From Candidatus Pacebacteria bacterium UBA6180 (lineage in GTDB: Bacteria > Patescibacteriota > Microgenomatia > UBA1400 > PJMF01): 64,000 nucleotides of DNA. Location of the stretch: NCBI GenBank assembly GCA_002422165.1, contig DITQ01000001.1, forward strand, positions 71,919 to 135,918. Direction: 5' to 3'. Below, one piece after another: positions 19,906 to 28,346 of this stretch. The notes beneath the pieces are model-generated. The model had not been told where the DNA came from. It searched no databases and saw only the letters and a list, made by a program, of their open reading frames with translations. Position 1 is the first letter of the stretch. Each line of letters starts with the position of its first letter. Position numbers and translations under genes: made by a program.

Positions 19906-20835
19906 CTAGAGAAGCTCGCCAAAAAGACGATCTGCCTCTGATATTTCTGACTGGTCCTCTGGGTGTGGAACCAAGTTATCATCACTAGGTTTTGTACCAA
20001 CAATGACAAACTCATAACCTAGCCACCTATTAGCGAGTCTTCTTTTATCATCAGGTAGAACCTTCATCAAACTTTCCACATTTTTACCGAGTGCTCTCAA
20101 AATTGGTAAATAAAAAGGGTGCTTAACTTTACCAGTTTTTAGATCAAATAAGTAAAATGAATCTAAAAAATACCCCGGTCTCCAACCGGCAAATTGTAAA
20201 TTTGTTAAGCCTATTTTTTTGTACTCTTTTGCCAAAGATCCAGTCATATCTGGGTAGAAAGGTTTTTCTGGATAATATCTAAAATTTCTACCTTGCAAAG
20301 CTAAAGCTATAGTTTGAGGAAGGTTTAGTAAATTTGGGACAGCTGTTGCGAGCTTACCGCCTGGCTTCAAGATTCTATTTGCTTCACTCAAAATCTCTCT
20401 CCAATTATAAAAATGTTCGATAACCCCCTCGCTCATGACGAGATCAAACGACTCTTCCCTAAATGGTTGATTAAACATATCTCCCTGGATAAAAGGCATC
20501 TTTTTTTCATTCAATTTATTTAATTTCAAAACTTCAAAAGAAATATCTAACCCCACACATAACTTAGCAATCATCCCAATTTCTTTTAAAACTCTTGCTT
20601 TGCCGCTGCCAAACTCCAAAACGCTGTCACCTTTTTTTACCATAAGTAGTGACTTTAATATTTCCATTTGCTCTCTCTCAAATTTAAGCCTTGCCTCAGT
20701 GGGAGCCACATCATGGTCTTCTTTAGCACCAAGTGCTTTGTAAAGCTCTTGTTTCCACCGTTCATTAAATGGATTTATTCTTTCTTTCATAAAATTATTT
20801 TGTTGCATCACAAACATGCAATTAAAAAGTTGCAT
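19906..20835 (-). CDS. Class I SAM-dependent methyltransferase (small-molecule type)
   Basis: Motif I VLEFGSGKARVL, an acidic residue after beta-2 (GLDIS), and motif post-I MSEGVIEHF. No DNA-MTase (D/N)PPY motif. AT-rich. Confidence 0.65.
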   Translation of the reverse strand: MQLFNCMFVMQQNNFMKERINPFNERWKQELYKALGAKEDHDVAPTEARLKFEREQMEILKSLLMVKKGDSVLEFGSGKARVLKEIGMIAKLCVGLDISFEVLKLNKLNEKKMPFIQGDMFNQPFREESFDLVMSEGVIEHFYNWREILSEANRILKPGGKLATAVPNLLNLPQTIALALQGRNFRYYPEKPFYPDMTGSLAKEYKKIGLTNLQFAGWRPGYFLDSFYLFDLKTGKVKHPFYLPILRALGKNVESLMKVLPDDKRRLANRWLGYEFVIVGTKPSDDNLVPHPEDQSEISEADRLFGELL

Positions 20836-20864
20836 TTACTATGGAAATACTGCGTCTGGCACAC

Positions 20865-20940
20865 GCTTCGACTCTCACAGCTAGTGCTTTAGCTAGCTCG
20901 CTTGACGGCGAAAAGCATGGGACGAAGTTGTAACTTTTTG
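20865..20940 (+). repeat. Intergenic repeat element, copy 1 (about 76 nt)
   Basis: GCTTCGACTCTCACAGCTAGTGCTTTAGCTAGCTCGCTTGACGGCGAAAAGCATGGGACGAAGTTGTAACTTTTTG. About 90% identical to copy 2 at 46564..46640. Confidence 0.8.
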
Positions 20941-20970
20941 CCACAATAAATAAAATTTATGGGATAAATT

Positions 20971-21321
20971 TTATCCAATTAATTGTATAAGTTCAGCAAC
21001 ATTTCTGTTAATTAAATCTGAATTATATCCAGTAGTTGAAGGATTTTGGCTTGCAATTTCGCTCAATAATTTAACTATTTGCTCTTTTTGACCACCAAAG
21101 TCTTCATTGCCAATAAGTGAATCATTTTCTTCAGCACCTATTATTTCTCCAATTTTCAACCTCATGCCTTTCAACCCATAGCCATCGTGTATTATAGAAC
21201 CTCCAGGTGCGTTTACAGAAATTATATTTTCGTTGGCTCTTTTTATATAGTCAATAACATCTAATAGTTGTTGTTTTAGAGCTTCTTTTCGAGATTCTTC
21301 ACCTGAACGATTTTCAATCAT
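20971..21321 (-). CDS. Hypothetical protein (116 aa)
   Basis: ORF only. AT-rich. No recognisable motif. Confidence 0.4.
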   Translation of the reverse strand: MIENRSGEESRKEALKQQLLDVIDYIKRANENIISVNAPGGSIIHDGYGLKGMRLKIGEIIGAEENDSLIGNEDFGGQKEQIVKLLSEIASQNPSTTGYNSDLINRNVAELIQLIG

Positions 21322-21467
21322 AGTTTTCCTTGATTATATTATTTTAATTAAATACTACCATATAAAATTAGATAAAAACAATTATTAGAGGCACTGTACT
21401 TTTCGAGTATACTCCTAAAGAGTACTTGCCACGCAAACTTCGTTTGCTTGGCGGGCGTTAGCCAGGC

Positions 21468-21540
21468 GCTTCGACCCTCGTAATTTGTGCTTTGGCTGGA
21501 TCGCTTGGCGGCAGGATTCTCACCTGGGTTCTCATGCTCC
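21468..21540 (+). repeat. Intergenic repeat element, diverged copy 3
   Basis: GCTTCGACCCTCGTAATTTGTGCTTTGGCTGGATCGCTTGGCGGCAGG... shares about 75% of the first 46 nt with copies 1 and 2, in the same orientation. Confidence 0.5.
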
Positions 21541-21592
21541 TTGCAAAGCCGCAACGCTAGCCAACTCTAGCTGCGCTAGGCTGTCTACCGTT

Positions 21593-21677
21593 GCGGAGGC
21601 ACTGGGATTCGAACCCAGGAACCGGAAAACCGGTCAGGTTTAGCAAACCTGTGCAATTGGCCACTATGCGATGCCTC
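21593..21677 (-). tRNA. tRNA-Ser (anticodon GCT)
   Basis: The minus-strand sequence is GGAGGCATCGCATAGTGGCCAATTGCACAGGTTTGCTAAACCTGACCGGTTTTCCGGTTCCTGGGTTCGAATCCCAGTGCCTCCG. It has a 7-bp acceptor stem, anticodon loop TTGCTAA, a long variable arm, and T-loop TTCGAAT. CCA is not encoded. Confidence 0.9.
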
Positions 21678-21756
21678 CTTGTTAAAAATACTCTTGGATT
21701 ATACCAGAAAACCAGATCTAGCAACTAGCTAAGGTTCAAGCCAGGCTAGATAGCTG

Positions 21757-23541
21757 CTAGTGCATCTCACTACTTCGCTCCTTGAGGAAGTTGCGCCAGT
21801 CTTCGACGATGGTGATGAAAGTGGAGAAAGGCAGATCGACCACGGCTGTGAAGAGAGCAGCGAAGACATTGTATTTTTTCCACTTGTTGGCGAACCACTG
21901 ACCAATTTTGGCCAAAGGTATGGAAAAAAGCTCTAATAAGAACTCCATGAAATTGCCGCGATCTTCGATGGTAATTTCTTTAGATTTTTGCTTAACAGCC
22001 ATAGCGGCAAAGACGACCATCGCTACGTTGACAGTGTCGATGTAGACGGAAGTCCAGGGGACGTGAGCGACCTCGAAAACCCAGAAGATAAAACGCATGC
22101 TGATCAGGCCACAAAAGATGGAAATACCAAGGAAAATGGTGTTCATGACCTTGTTCTTTTTGCGACTGAAGTCGATTTCGTAGACGTCTTCACTTTCTTG
22201 CTTGTGAATAATTTTGGCAATTTCTTTCTGTACGACCTTGAGATTAGCGTCTTTGGGCGGGCGAATGACGATAACTAGCAAGAACATCACTAAGCTTGGA
22301 ATAAGTAGATCGATAAACAGCGAGAACAAACTAAACTCCAGGCCAGCCAGACGGGCCACTGGACCTTCGAAAATGATGAAACTAGCAATTCCGGCCACGA
22401 AAATCGATAAAGTTGAGTAAATAGCGCTGCGCCAGAGACGACCTTTGAGGCTGGCCTTGCGACGGAAGTAAACTTCGCTGACTCGGCGCTTCAGTTCTTC
22501 AGGATTGGCGAGTTTTTCTCTGACCACTGTTGGAGTATTGTTGATACCGTCGAGGACGTCGCCGATGATGCGGTAGGCGGCGTCATATTTGCCAGCTAGT
22601 TTGTAGAAATGTTTACCCTCTTCACTGTTCAGGTCTTCTTCGATTTGCTGGCGAATTTCGTGAACTTGCTTGGTTACCTCGACTATGCTTTCTTCAGTTT
22701 CCTCGACCCAGAAAGGATAGCGAATCTTGATGACGTTGTAGGAGGTAATGGGGTCATCGAAGTTGTAGAGGTTGCGCATGTTGGCTATATAAATCTGAAC
22801 CATGCGATCTAGGTCGCTTAGTTGACTGCTGGGAATAATGCGGTTGCGTTGATAAATGACATTGGTCATTAGGTTTAGTAGGGCATTTTCCTTGAAAGCT
22901 GGAGCTAGAACTTCTTCAATTTCACAAGCAGCGATCTCTAGCATCCAGGTGTAAAACTCCATTTTGTTTTTGACGTGCTTCTTGGTGGGCGAAGAAGGTA
23001 GCTTGGAGTCACCAAGAATACGAATGTATTTACCAAGGATGTTTTCGACTTCCTTGATTTGCTTCTTGGCAATTTTACCGTTGTCGAAATAACCACTACG
23101 CATCAACTCTAGAATCATTGGTTCAGCCATTTCTCGAGCGTTGAGGTTGGGGAGAATGCTAATGCCGTAGAGTTCAGAAATGAGGCGCCTCTTGAGTATG
23201 CGCTCGATCGCACCTCGGCGCAGCAAATTCTCCTCTTTCCAGTCGATGACCTTGCGGACTTTCTCGTAAGCACCAGCGATTTTGGAGGCCAATTCATCAA
23301 CCTCGAGTGGAGCGATGATATTGCGGTGGTGATATTCCCAGTCTAGCTGGTACTGCTTAGTATATTCCTTGGCGTAAGTCGAGAGCTCCTTGAGCTCGAC
23401 AGCCTTTTCTGGTTCAGCTGGCGGCGCGTCAGTGGCAGTGGGGGCAGCAGCGACAGGCTTTTCTTCAGCTTTTGGAGTGGGAGGAGCAGGAGGTGTCGCG
23501 CCGACCAGTTGGTAGAGTTGATTCTTGTCGATAATATCCAT
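21757..23541 (-). CDS. Hypothetical membrane protein with a Pro/Ala-rich N-terminus and a C-terminal multi-TM region
   Basis: PAPPTPKAEEKPVAAAPTATDAPPAEP low-complexity N-terminus. At least 4 hydrophobic helices in the C-terminal third. Confidence 0.5.
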   Translation of the reverse strand: MDIIDKNQLYQLVGATPPAPPTPKAEEKPVAAAPTATDAPPAEPEKAVELKELSTYAKEYTKQYQLDWEYHHRNIIAPLEVDELASKIAGAYEKVRKVIDWKEENLLRRGAIERILKRRLISELYGISILPNLNAREMAEPMILELMRSGYFDNGKIAKKQIKEVENILGKYIRILGDSKLPSSPTKKHVKNKMEFYTWMLEIAACEIEEVLAPAFKENALLNLMTNVIYQRNRIIPSSQLSDLDRMVQIYIANMRNLYNFDDPITSYNVIKIRYPFWVEETEESIVEVTKQVHEIRQQIEEDLNSEEGKHFYKLAGKYDAAYRIIGDVLDGINNTPTVVREKLANPEELKRRVSEVYFRRKASLKGRLWRSAIYSTLSIFVAGIASFIIFEGPVARLAGLEFSLFSLFIDLLIPSLVMFLLVIVIRPPKDANLKVVQKEIAKIIHKQESEDVYEIDFSRKKNKVMNTIFLGISIFCGLISMRFIFWVFEVAHVPWTSVYIDTVNVAMVVFAAMAVKQKSKEITIEDRGNFMEFLLELFSIPLAKIGQWFANKWKKYNVFAALFTAVVDLPFSTFITIVEDWRNFLKERSSEMH

Positions 23542-23641
23542 ATTTTTTAAAAGAGATTTCTGTATTTTGCTTCAGTCCATTGAGCGAACGTAACAATTAT
23601 AGCAAATTTCCCACATAAAATATGTTAGACTTAAACCCATC

Positions 23642-24514
23642 ATGCCAGACAAATACACCGCCGTGTGGGTTTCTCACACTTCGATTAGCGATTTTCTACA
23701 ATGCCCAAGGGCTTATTACCTCAAGAATGTTTATAAAGATCCAAAAACCAAACATAAAATTCAATTAATGTCGCCACCCTTGGCCCTAGGGCAGGTGGTG
23801 CATGGTGTCCTCGAGTCGCTATCTGTTTTGCCTGGGCCAGAGCGCTTCAAAGAATCATTGATCGCCAAGTTTGAACGAGATTGGCAAGCTGTCTCTGGCA
23901 AACGAGGTGGTTTTTTTGACGAGCGGACGGAAAGTCAGTACAAAGAGCGTGGGCGAGAAATGCTCCAGAAAGTCATGGATAATCCAGGACCACTAACTGG
24001 CTTAGCAGTCAAAATCAAGGAAGAGCTGCCTCAATACTGGCTCTCTGAAGCCGACAACATCATTTTGTGCGGCAAAATCGATTGGCTCGAATATTTGCCA
24101 GAGGACGACAGCGTCAATATTATCGACTTTAAGACTAGCAAAAGTGAAGAAAATGAGAGCTCCCTACAGTTGCCCATTTATCATCTCCTGGTACACAACT
24201 GTCAGCACCGCCAAGTCAGCAAAGCCAGCTATTGGTATCTGGGGCTAGATAAAATCGTTGTCAAAGACTTACCGGATTTGGAAGCTGCTCACGAACAGAT
24301 TCTTAAAATTGCTAAAGAGATGAAGCTGGCTCGCCAGCTAGAGCGCTTCAAATGTCCGCATGGCGAGACTGGCTGTTTTGCCTGCAAGCCTTTTGAGAGA
24401 ATTCTGCAGGGTGAGGCTGAGTTTGTCGGTGAGAACGAGTATCGCAACGACGTCTACGTGCTAGAGCGCTCGGCCAAAGAATTGTCCAAGGAAGAGAAGA
24501 GTGAACTAATTTAA
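23642..24514 (+). CDS. PD-(D/E)xK nuclease, Cas4/RecB-like with a predicted Fe-S Cys cluster
   Basis: N-terminal Cys (LQCPRAYYL), a D...D/ExK core (GKIDWLE...IIDFKTSK), and a C-terminal Cys cluster FKCPHGETGCFACKPF. Confidence 0.6.
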   Translation: MPDKYTAVWVSHTSISDFLQCPRAYYLKNVYKDPKTKHKIQLMSPPLALGQVVHGVLESLSVLPGPERFKESLIAKFERDWQAVSGKRGGFFDERTESQYKERGREMLQKVMDNPGPLTGLAVKIKEELPQYWLSEADNIILCGKIDWLEYLPEDDSVNIIDFKTSKSEENESSLQLPIYHLLVHNCQHRQVSKASYWYLGLDKIVVKDLPDLEAAHEQILKIAKEMKLARQLERFKCPHGETGCFACKPFERILQGEAEFVGENEYRNDVYVLERSAKELSKEEKSELI

Positions 24515-24814
24515 TTATTTTTCAGGATCTAGTACTAATTCTTTGAAACGATCATCTTTAAGCAATAAGGCAATAATGCCGTAAACCGCGATATCTTGCC
24601 AGTTGTCTTTCATGCTTTCGTTGAGTGGGTCGCCAGCTTTGCCCATTAGATTTTGAATTCTACGCAACTTATCATTGACGCGAAAAACTATTCCTAACTC
24701 TCCATTGTCCAAAATGTTGTCTTTTCCGTAATCTTTGTGTTTTTTGATGAAAATTTGCAGTAGCTTACGCAGCTCATCGTCAAAAGCTTGGTCAAGATAT
24801 TTTTGTTTAGACAT
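24515..24814 (-). CDS. Hypothetical small helical protein (99 aa)
   Basis: ORF only. Convergent with the Cas4-like gene. Confidence 0.4.
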   Translation of the reverse strand: MSKQKYLDQAFDDELRKLLQIFIKKHKDYGKDNILDNGELGIVFRVNDKLRRIQNLMGKAGDPLNESMKDNWQDIAVYGIIALLLKDDRFKELVLDPEK

Positions 24815-24839
24815 ATAATTTTTAACTATAAATTAATTT

Positions 24840-26072
24840 TTATTTTAAGTGCCAGTAAATACTCATGTAATCTTCTTTATGAAAAATAAAAACACCATTG
24901 CCTCCATCGTTTAAACAGTTGCGACAGAAGTAAGCTTCACCATCTTCGACTGCTTTGACTGAAATATTACCGATTCCAACAATGTCTAGGGCTGGATGAG
25001 CTTTGCCTCCATACATCCAGTTATAACAGGTGTTGCTGCCATAATTTTGAGTGATACGCACGCTATCCATTGGCCATTGCCAGCTACCGTTACCACTGTT
25101 TTGTTGGCCACTTGGGTCATTGGCGCAGCCAGTGGACCAGGTTACTAATTTGTTTTCTAATTTATCTAGAGGATTGACGGTGTTGCTGTAATACCAGCCC
25201 CAACTGCCGGTTTTACTAAAGTCTTGTCTGGAATACTTATAGACGCCAAAGTGCAAGTGCGCCCCAGTTGAGAAGCCGGTGCTGCCCATGGTGCCAATTA
25301 CTTCGCCTTTTTTGACTATAACTCCATTACCTTCACGAATGACTGTGTTGGCGGCGCTGGAAATCTGACTCAATTCTTTGAGTGCTTCAGCCAGTTTTTG
25401 CTGATAAATAGATTCATTACTTTTGGTTTGTTTAAGTAAGTCATCCTTGTTGGCACGTTGTGAATCGAGGATGTTTTTTTGACTCTGAAGCTCCGAGCGC
25501 AACTTTTCTACTTCAGCTTGTTTGGTTTCCTTGAGTTCTTTTTGCTGGTTGTAGGTTAAGCGCTGTAACTCAGTTTTTTTCATCAAATCTAGGGTTTGAG
25601 CTTGAGCTAGATTGACATAGCGGTATTGACTGACGAAGTTGTTAAAAGATTCGGCAGCGAAGAGGTTATTTTTGTAGGGTAGGCGACTCTGTTTGTAGCT
25701 TTCACGAATTCTGGTGATCAGAGTACCGCTGAGACGATCGAGTGAGATCCCCAGGCCTTCAATGCGTTCCGAAAGGTTGGTGATATCTTTTTCTAACTGT
25801 TCGATTTCGGCGATGGTCTGAGAAATACGCAAGCTTTGGATGCGAATCTGTCCATTAATGATGTCGATGGCTGACTGGAGGGTGTTGGCTTCGGACCGAG
25901 TTTGATCGATCTGGCTCTGCCAACAATTTTTAAGATTATTAAGACAAGTAGAATAATTTTCATCGTCACTTTTGCATTTGTATTTTTCGTCACAACTCTG
26001 AGCTTTAGCCAAACCGATAAACAGCAACATTCCAAGTGGCAGCAACAAAAAGCTAAGTAGGATTTTTCTCAT
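24840..26072 (-). CDS. EnvC-like coiled-coil / M23 (LytM) domain murein hydrolase activator
   Basis: Signal peptide, long coiled coil, an M23 GSTGFSTGAHLHFGVY block, and a Cys-rich C-terminal extension. Immediately upstream of ftsX-ftsE. Confidence 0.7.
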   Translation of the reverse strand: MRKILLSFLLLPLGMLLFIGLAKAQSCDEKYKCKSDDENYSTCLNNLKNCWQSQIDQTRSEANTLQSAIDIINGQIRIQSLRISQTIAEIEQLEKDITNLSERIEGLGISLDRLSGTLITRIRESYKQSRLPYKNNLFAAESFNNFVSQYRYVNLAQAQTLDLMKKTELQRLTYNQQKELKETKQAEVEKLRSELQSQKNILDSQRANKDDLLKQTKSNESIYQQKLAEALKELSQISSAANTVIREGNGVIVKKGEVIGTMGSTGFSTGAHLHFGVYKYSRQDFSKTGSWGWYYSNTVNPLDKLENKLVTWSTGCANDPSGQQNSGNGSWQWPMDSVRITQNYGSNTCYNWMYGGKAHPALDIVGIGNISVKAVEDGEAYFCRNCLNDGGNGVFIFHKEDYMSIYWHLK

Positions 26073-26082
26073 GATTTCAAAA

Positions 26083-26952
26083 CTATCTTTTGAGCATACG
26101 TGAGACTGCGCTTTGGCTGGCCAAGATACCCAGGATTATAGCCAGGCCTAGTCCAGCGGCAAACTGGTAGGCAAAAAATTGCCAGGGGATCGGCATGGTG
26201 ACGATGCCATGAAGGAAGCTCTCTATCCAGGGATGAAGGTAAAGAATCATGGCGTAATAAAAGGCAAAGCCAAGCATACTGGACACCACGCTAACCACTA
26301 GCGCTTCAAATAAATAAGGTCGAGAGATGTAGGCATTGCTGGCACCGACAAATTTCATAATTTGGATGTTTTTGCGTTTGGCAGAAATTTTCATCGAGAT
26401 GGTGGTCATTACCATGAGGAAGGAAGTAACCAGGAGAGTGATGAGTAAAAACAAGCCAACCACGCGCATGGCGCCAGTCCAGCGGACTAGATTGTCGACG
26501 ACGTCCTCTTGTAAGACGACCTCTTCGACAGAATTTTCTGTCTCTAGATCTTTCTTGATGGCTTCGAGGCTTGTAGCTGTGTCGGCAGCAACTTCGACGC
26601 TGGCAGGCAAGATCTCTTCAGTGACTAATTCGAGCAAGAGAGGATCATTTTGGTTTTCCCTTTGGTAAATCTGCAGAGCTTCTTTTTGGGTAACGATTTT
26701 GACATCCTTGACGTAATCTTTGTCGCGCATCTTTTGACTGATTCTTTCCAAGTCGCTTTCTTGTGCCTCTAATTTGAGAAAAGCGATGACTTGCGGCTGA
26801 GTCTCAAAAAAAGAGAGAACTTTTTCGCTACCGATAGTAAGCAGGGAAAAACAATAGGCTATAAACAGAGTGATAGAAAGGATAAAAATGGTTAGAACAC
26901 TTTGATAAGGCGAACGACGAATCGCCACCAGGGCAGAGTTGAGTGCTTTCAT
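26083..26952 (-). CDS. ftsX: Cell-division ABC transporter permease FtsX
   Basis: TM1, a large extracellular loop, and 3 C-terminal TM helices. Overlaps ftsE. Confidence 0.8.
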   Translation of the reverse strand: MKALNSALVAIRRSPYQSVLTIFILSITLFIAYCFSLLTIGSEKVLSFFETQPQVIAFLKLEAQESDLERISQKMRDKDYVKDVKIVTQKEALQIYQRENQNDPLLLELVTEEILPASVEVAADTATSLEAIKKDLETENSVEEVVLQEDVVDNLVRWTGAMRVVGLFLLITLLVTSFLMVMTTISMKISAKRKNIQIMKFVGASNAYISRPYLFEALVVSVVSSMLGFAFYYAMILYLHPWIESFLHGIVTMPIPWQFFAYQFAAGLGLAIILGILASQSAVSRMLKR

Positions 26953-27746
26953 TTGTGTAAATCCTTTTTGTCTTTGTTTTTTTTGTCGATTGGTTTTTTT
27001 TCAGTTTGTTTTTTGTCAGTTATTTCTTTGGTTGGTTTGTCTTGTTTGACCTTGATCTTTTGATTGGCTTCGTCGCCTTGCTTGTCTGCTTGGGTTTGGT
27101 GTTTTTCCAGGTGGACGGTTTTAGCTTCTGCCAACTCCTTGAGCACTTCTTCGTCATGAGTGGCGAAGAGCAGGGTGGTACCAAGCTCGTTAATTTTCTT
27201 GAGCAACCTAGTTATCTTGAGGCTGGCTTCGCTGTCAAGATTGCCAGTGGGCTCATCAGCGAAGATTACTTTGGGGCCAGTAGCCAGGGCGCGAGCAATG
27301 CTGACGCGTTGAGCCTCTCCCCCAGAGAGTTGGCGGGGGAAATGTAGGGCCTTGTCGGCCAGGCCGATGAGGTTGAGAAGATCAGTGACTCTTGATTCGA
27401 TCTCTGCCTCCTTAGTGCCAGCGATGTAAAGGGGGAGAGCGATGTTCTCCCAGGCGTTCATTTCTTCGATAAGCTTATAATCTTGGAAAACTACTCCAAT
27501 TTGGCGGCGCAGCTTGGGAATTTCAGATTTTTTGAATTGTTCCAGAGGGCGATTGTCAAAAGTAATGCTCCCCTGACTGGGCGAGTACTCACGAATCAAG
27601 AGTTTCATCAAGGTGGTCTTGCCTGCTCCAGAGGGGCCAGTAATTACCACCAGATCACCTTCATTGACTTCTAAATTCAAATCGACGATGGCAGTTGGCT
27701 GATCGGCAAAAGATTTGCTGACAGATGAAAAAATTATCATGGACAC
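26949..27746 (-). CDS. ftsE: Cell-division ATP-binding protein FtsE with a Lys-rich C-terminal tail
   Basis: Walker A GPSGAGKTTL, ABC signature LSGGEAQRVSIARAL, and Walker B IFADEPTGNLD. Confidence 0.88.
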   Translation of the reverse strand: MSMIIFSSVSKSFADQPTAIVDLNLEVNEGDLVVITGPSGAGKTTLMKLLIREYSPSQGSITFDNRPLEQFKKSEIPKLRRQIGVVFQDYKLIEEMNAWENIALPLYIAGTKEAEIESRVTDLLNLIGLADKALHFPRQLSGGEAQRVSIARALATGPKVIFADEPTGNLDSEASLKITRLLKKINELGTTLLFATHDEEVLKELAEAKTVHLEKHQTQADKQGDEANQKIKVKQDKPTKEITDKKQTEKKPIDKKNKDKKDLHK

Positions 27747-27766
27747 TGCTGATTATTTAAGCACGT

Positions 27767-28339
27767 TTAGTCCAAAGTTTGAAGGGGAGCTTGAGCATTA
27801 ATCTCAACGACTTCAATTCGACCAACGTCCATGAACCAACCAGCTTTTTCAGCCTTGAAAGTTTCGCCGTAAATTTTGACTTCTGCTCCAACTAATTTAT
27901 CGAGATCGACAACGGACGAAGTCAAAGCGATAGTTTGAGTAACACCTCCTTCGCGGAGAAGTTTGTGAGAGCCTTCTCCTTCAACGCCTCCCCTCTCGAT
28001 GTAACCAATAGCTGAGTCAGAGAAAGTGTCTTTATCTTGCACCCCGAAGACATCGCCATTTTTTATTTTACTAGCGTCATCAATGGTTACATTCTCAACT
28101 GTTGCGACTGGACTACCATTTTTGAGCTTGAGCTTGTAGGCACCAAAGCCAGTCAAAGTGCCAGCTAGAACAGCGGCGACACAAATGAAGAGGAAAACTT
28201 TTTTGGACTTTTTGCTCATAAGGCTTTGATTTTGCCCCATTGGTGCAGATTCGTCAAGTTTGAATCCTCTATTGCTTGGGTTTTGAACTATATTTGGGTC
28301 GATTTGATTTTCCTGATCTTTAAGTTGGAGTTTGTACAT
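27767..28339 (-). CDS. Hypothetical membrane-anchored protein (190 aa)
   Basis: Single TM helix after a polar N-terminus. No motif. Confidence 0.4.
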   Translation of the reverse strand: MYKLQLKDQENQIDPNIVQNPSNRGFKLDESAPMGQNQSLMSKKSKKVFLFICVAAVLAGTLTGFGAYKLKLKNGSPVATVENVTIDDASKIKNGDVFGVQDKDTFSDSAIGYIERGGVEGEGSHKLLREGGVTQTIALTSSVVDLDKLVGAEVKIYGETFKAEKAGWFMDVGRIEVVEINAQAPLQTLD

Positions 28340-28346
28340 AATTAGT

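Noticed and set aside
20865-20940. Repeat elements as tRNA 3'-half-derived att duplications
   Set aside because: The TTCGAYTCTC segment resembles the + strand image of the tRNA-Ser T-arm. But the reverse complement does not fold into a T-arm or acceptor structure, so the similarity is superficial.
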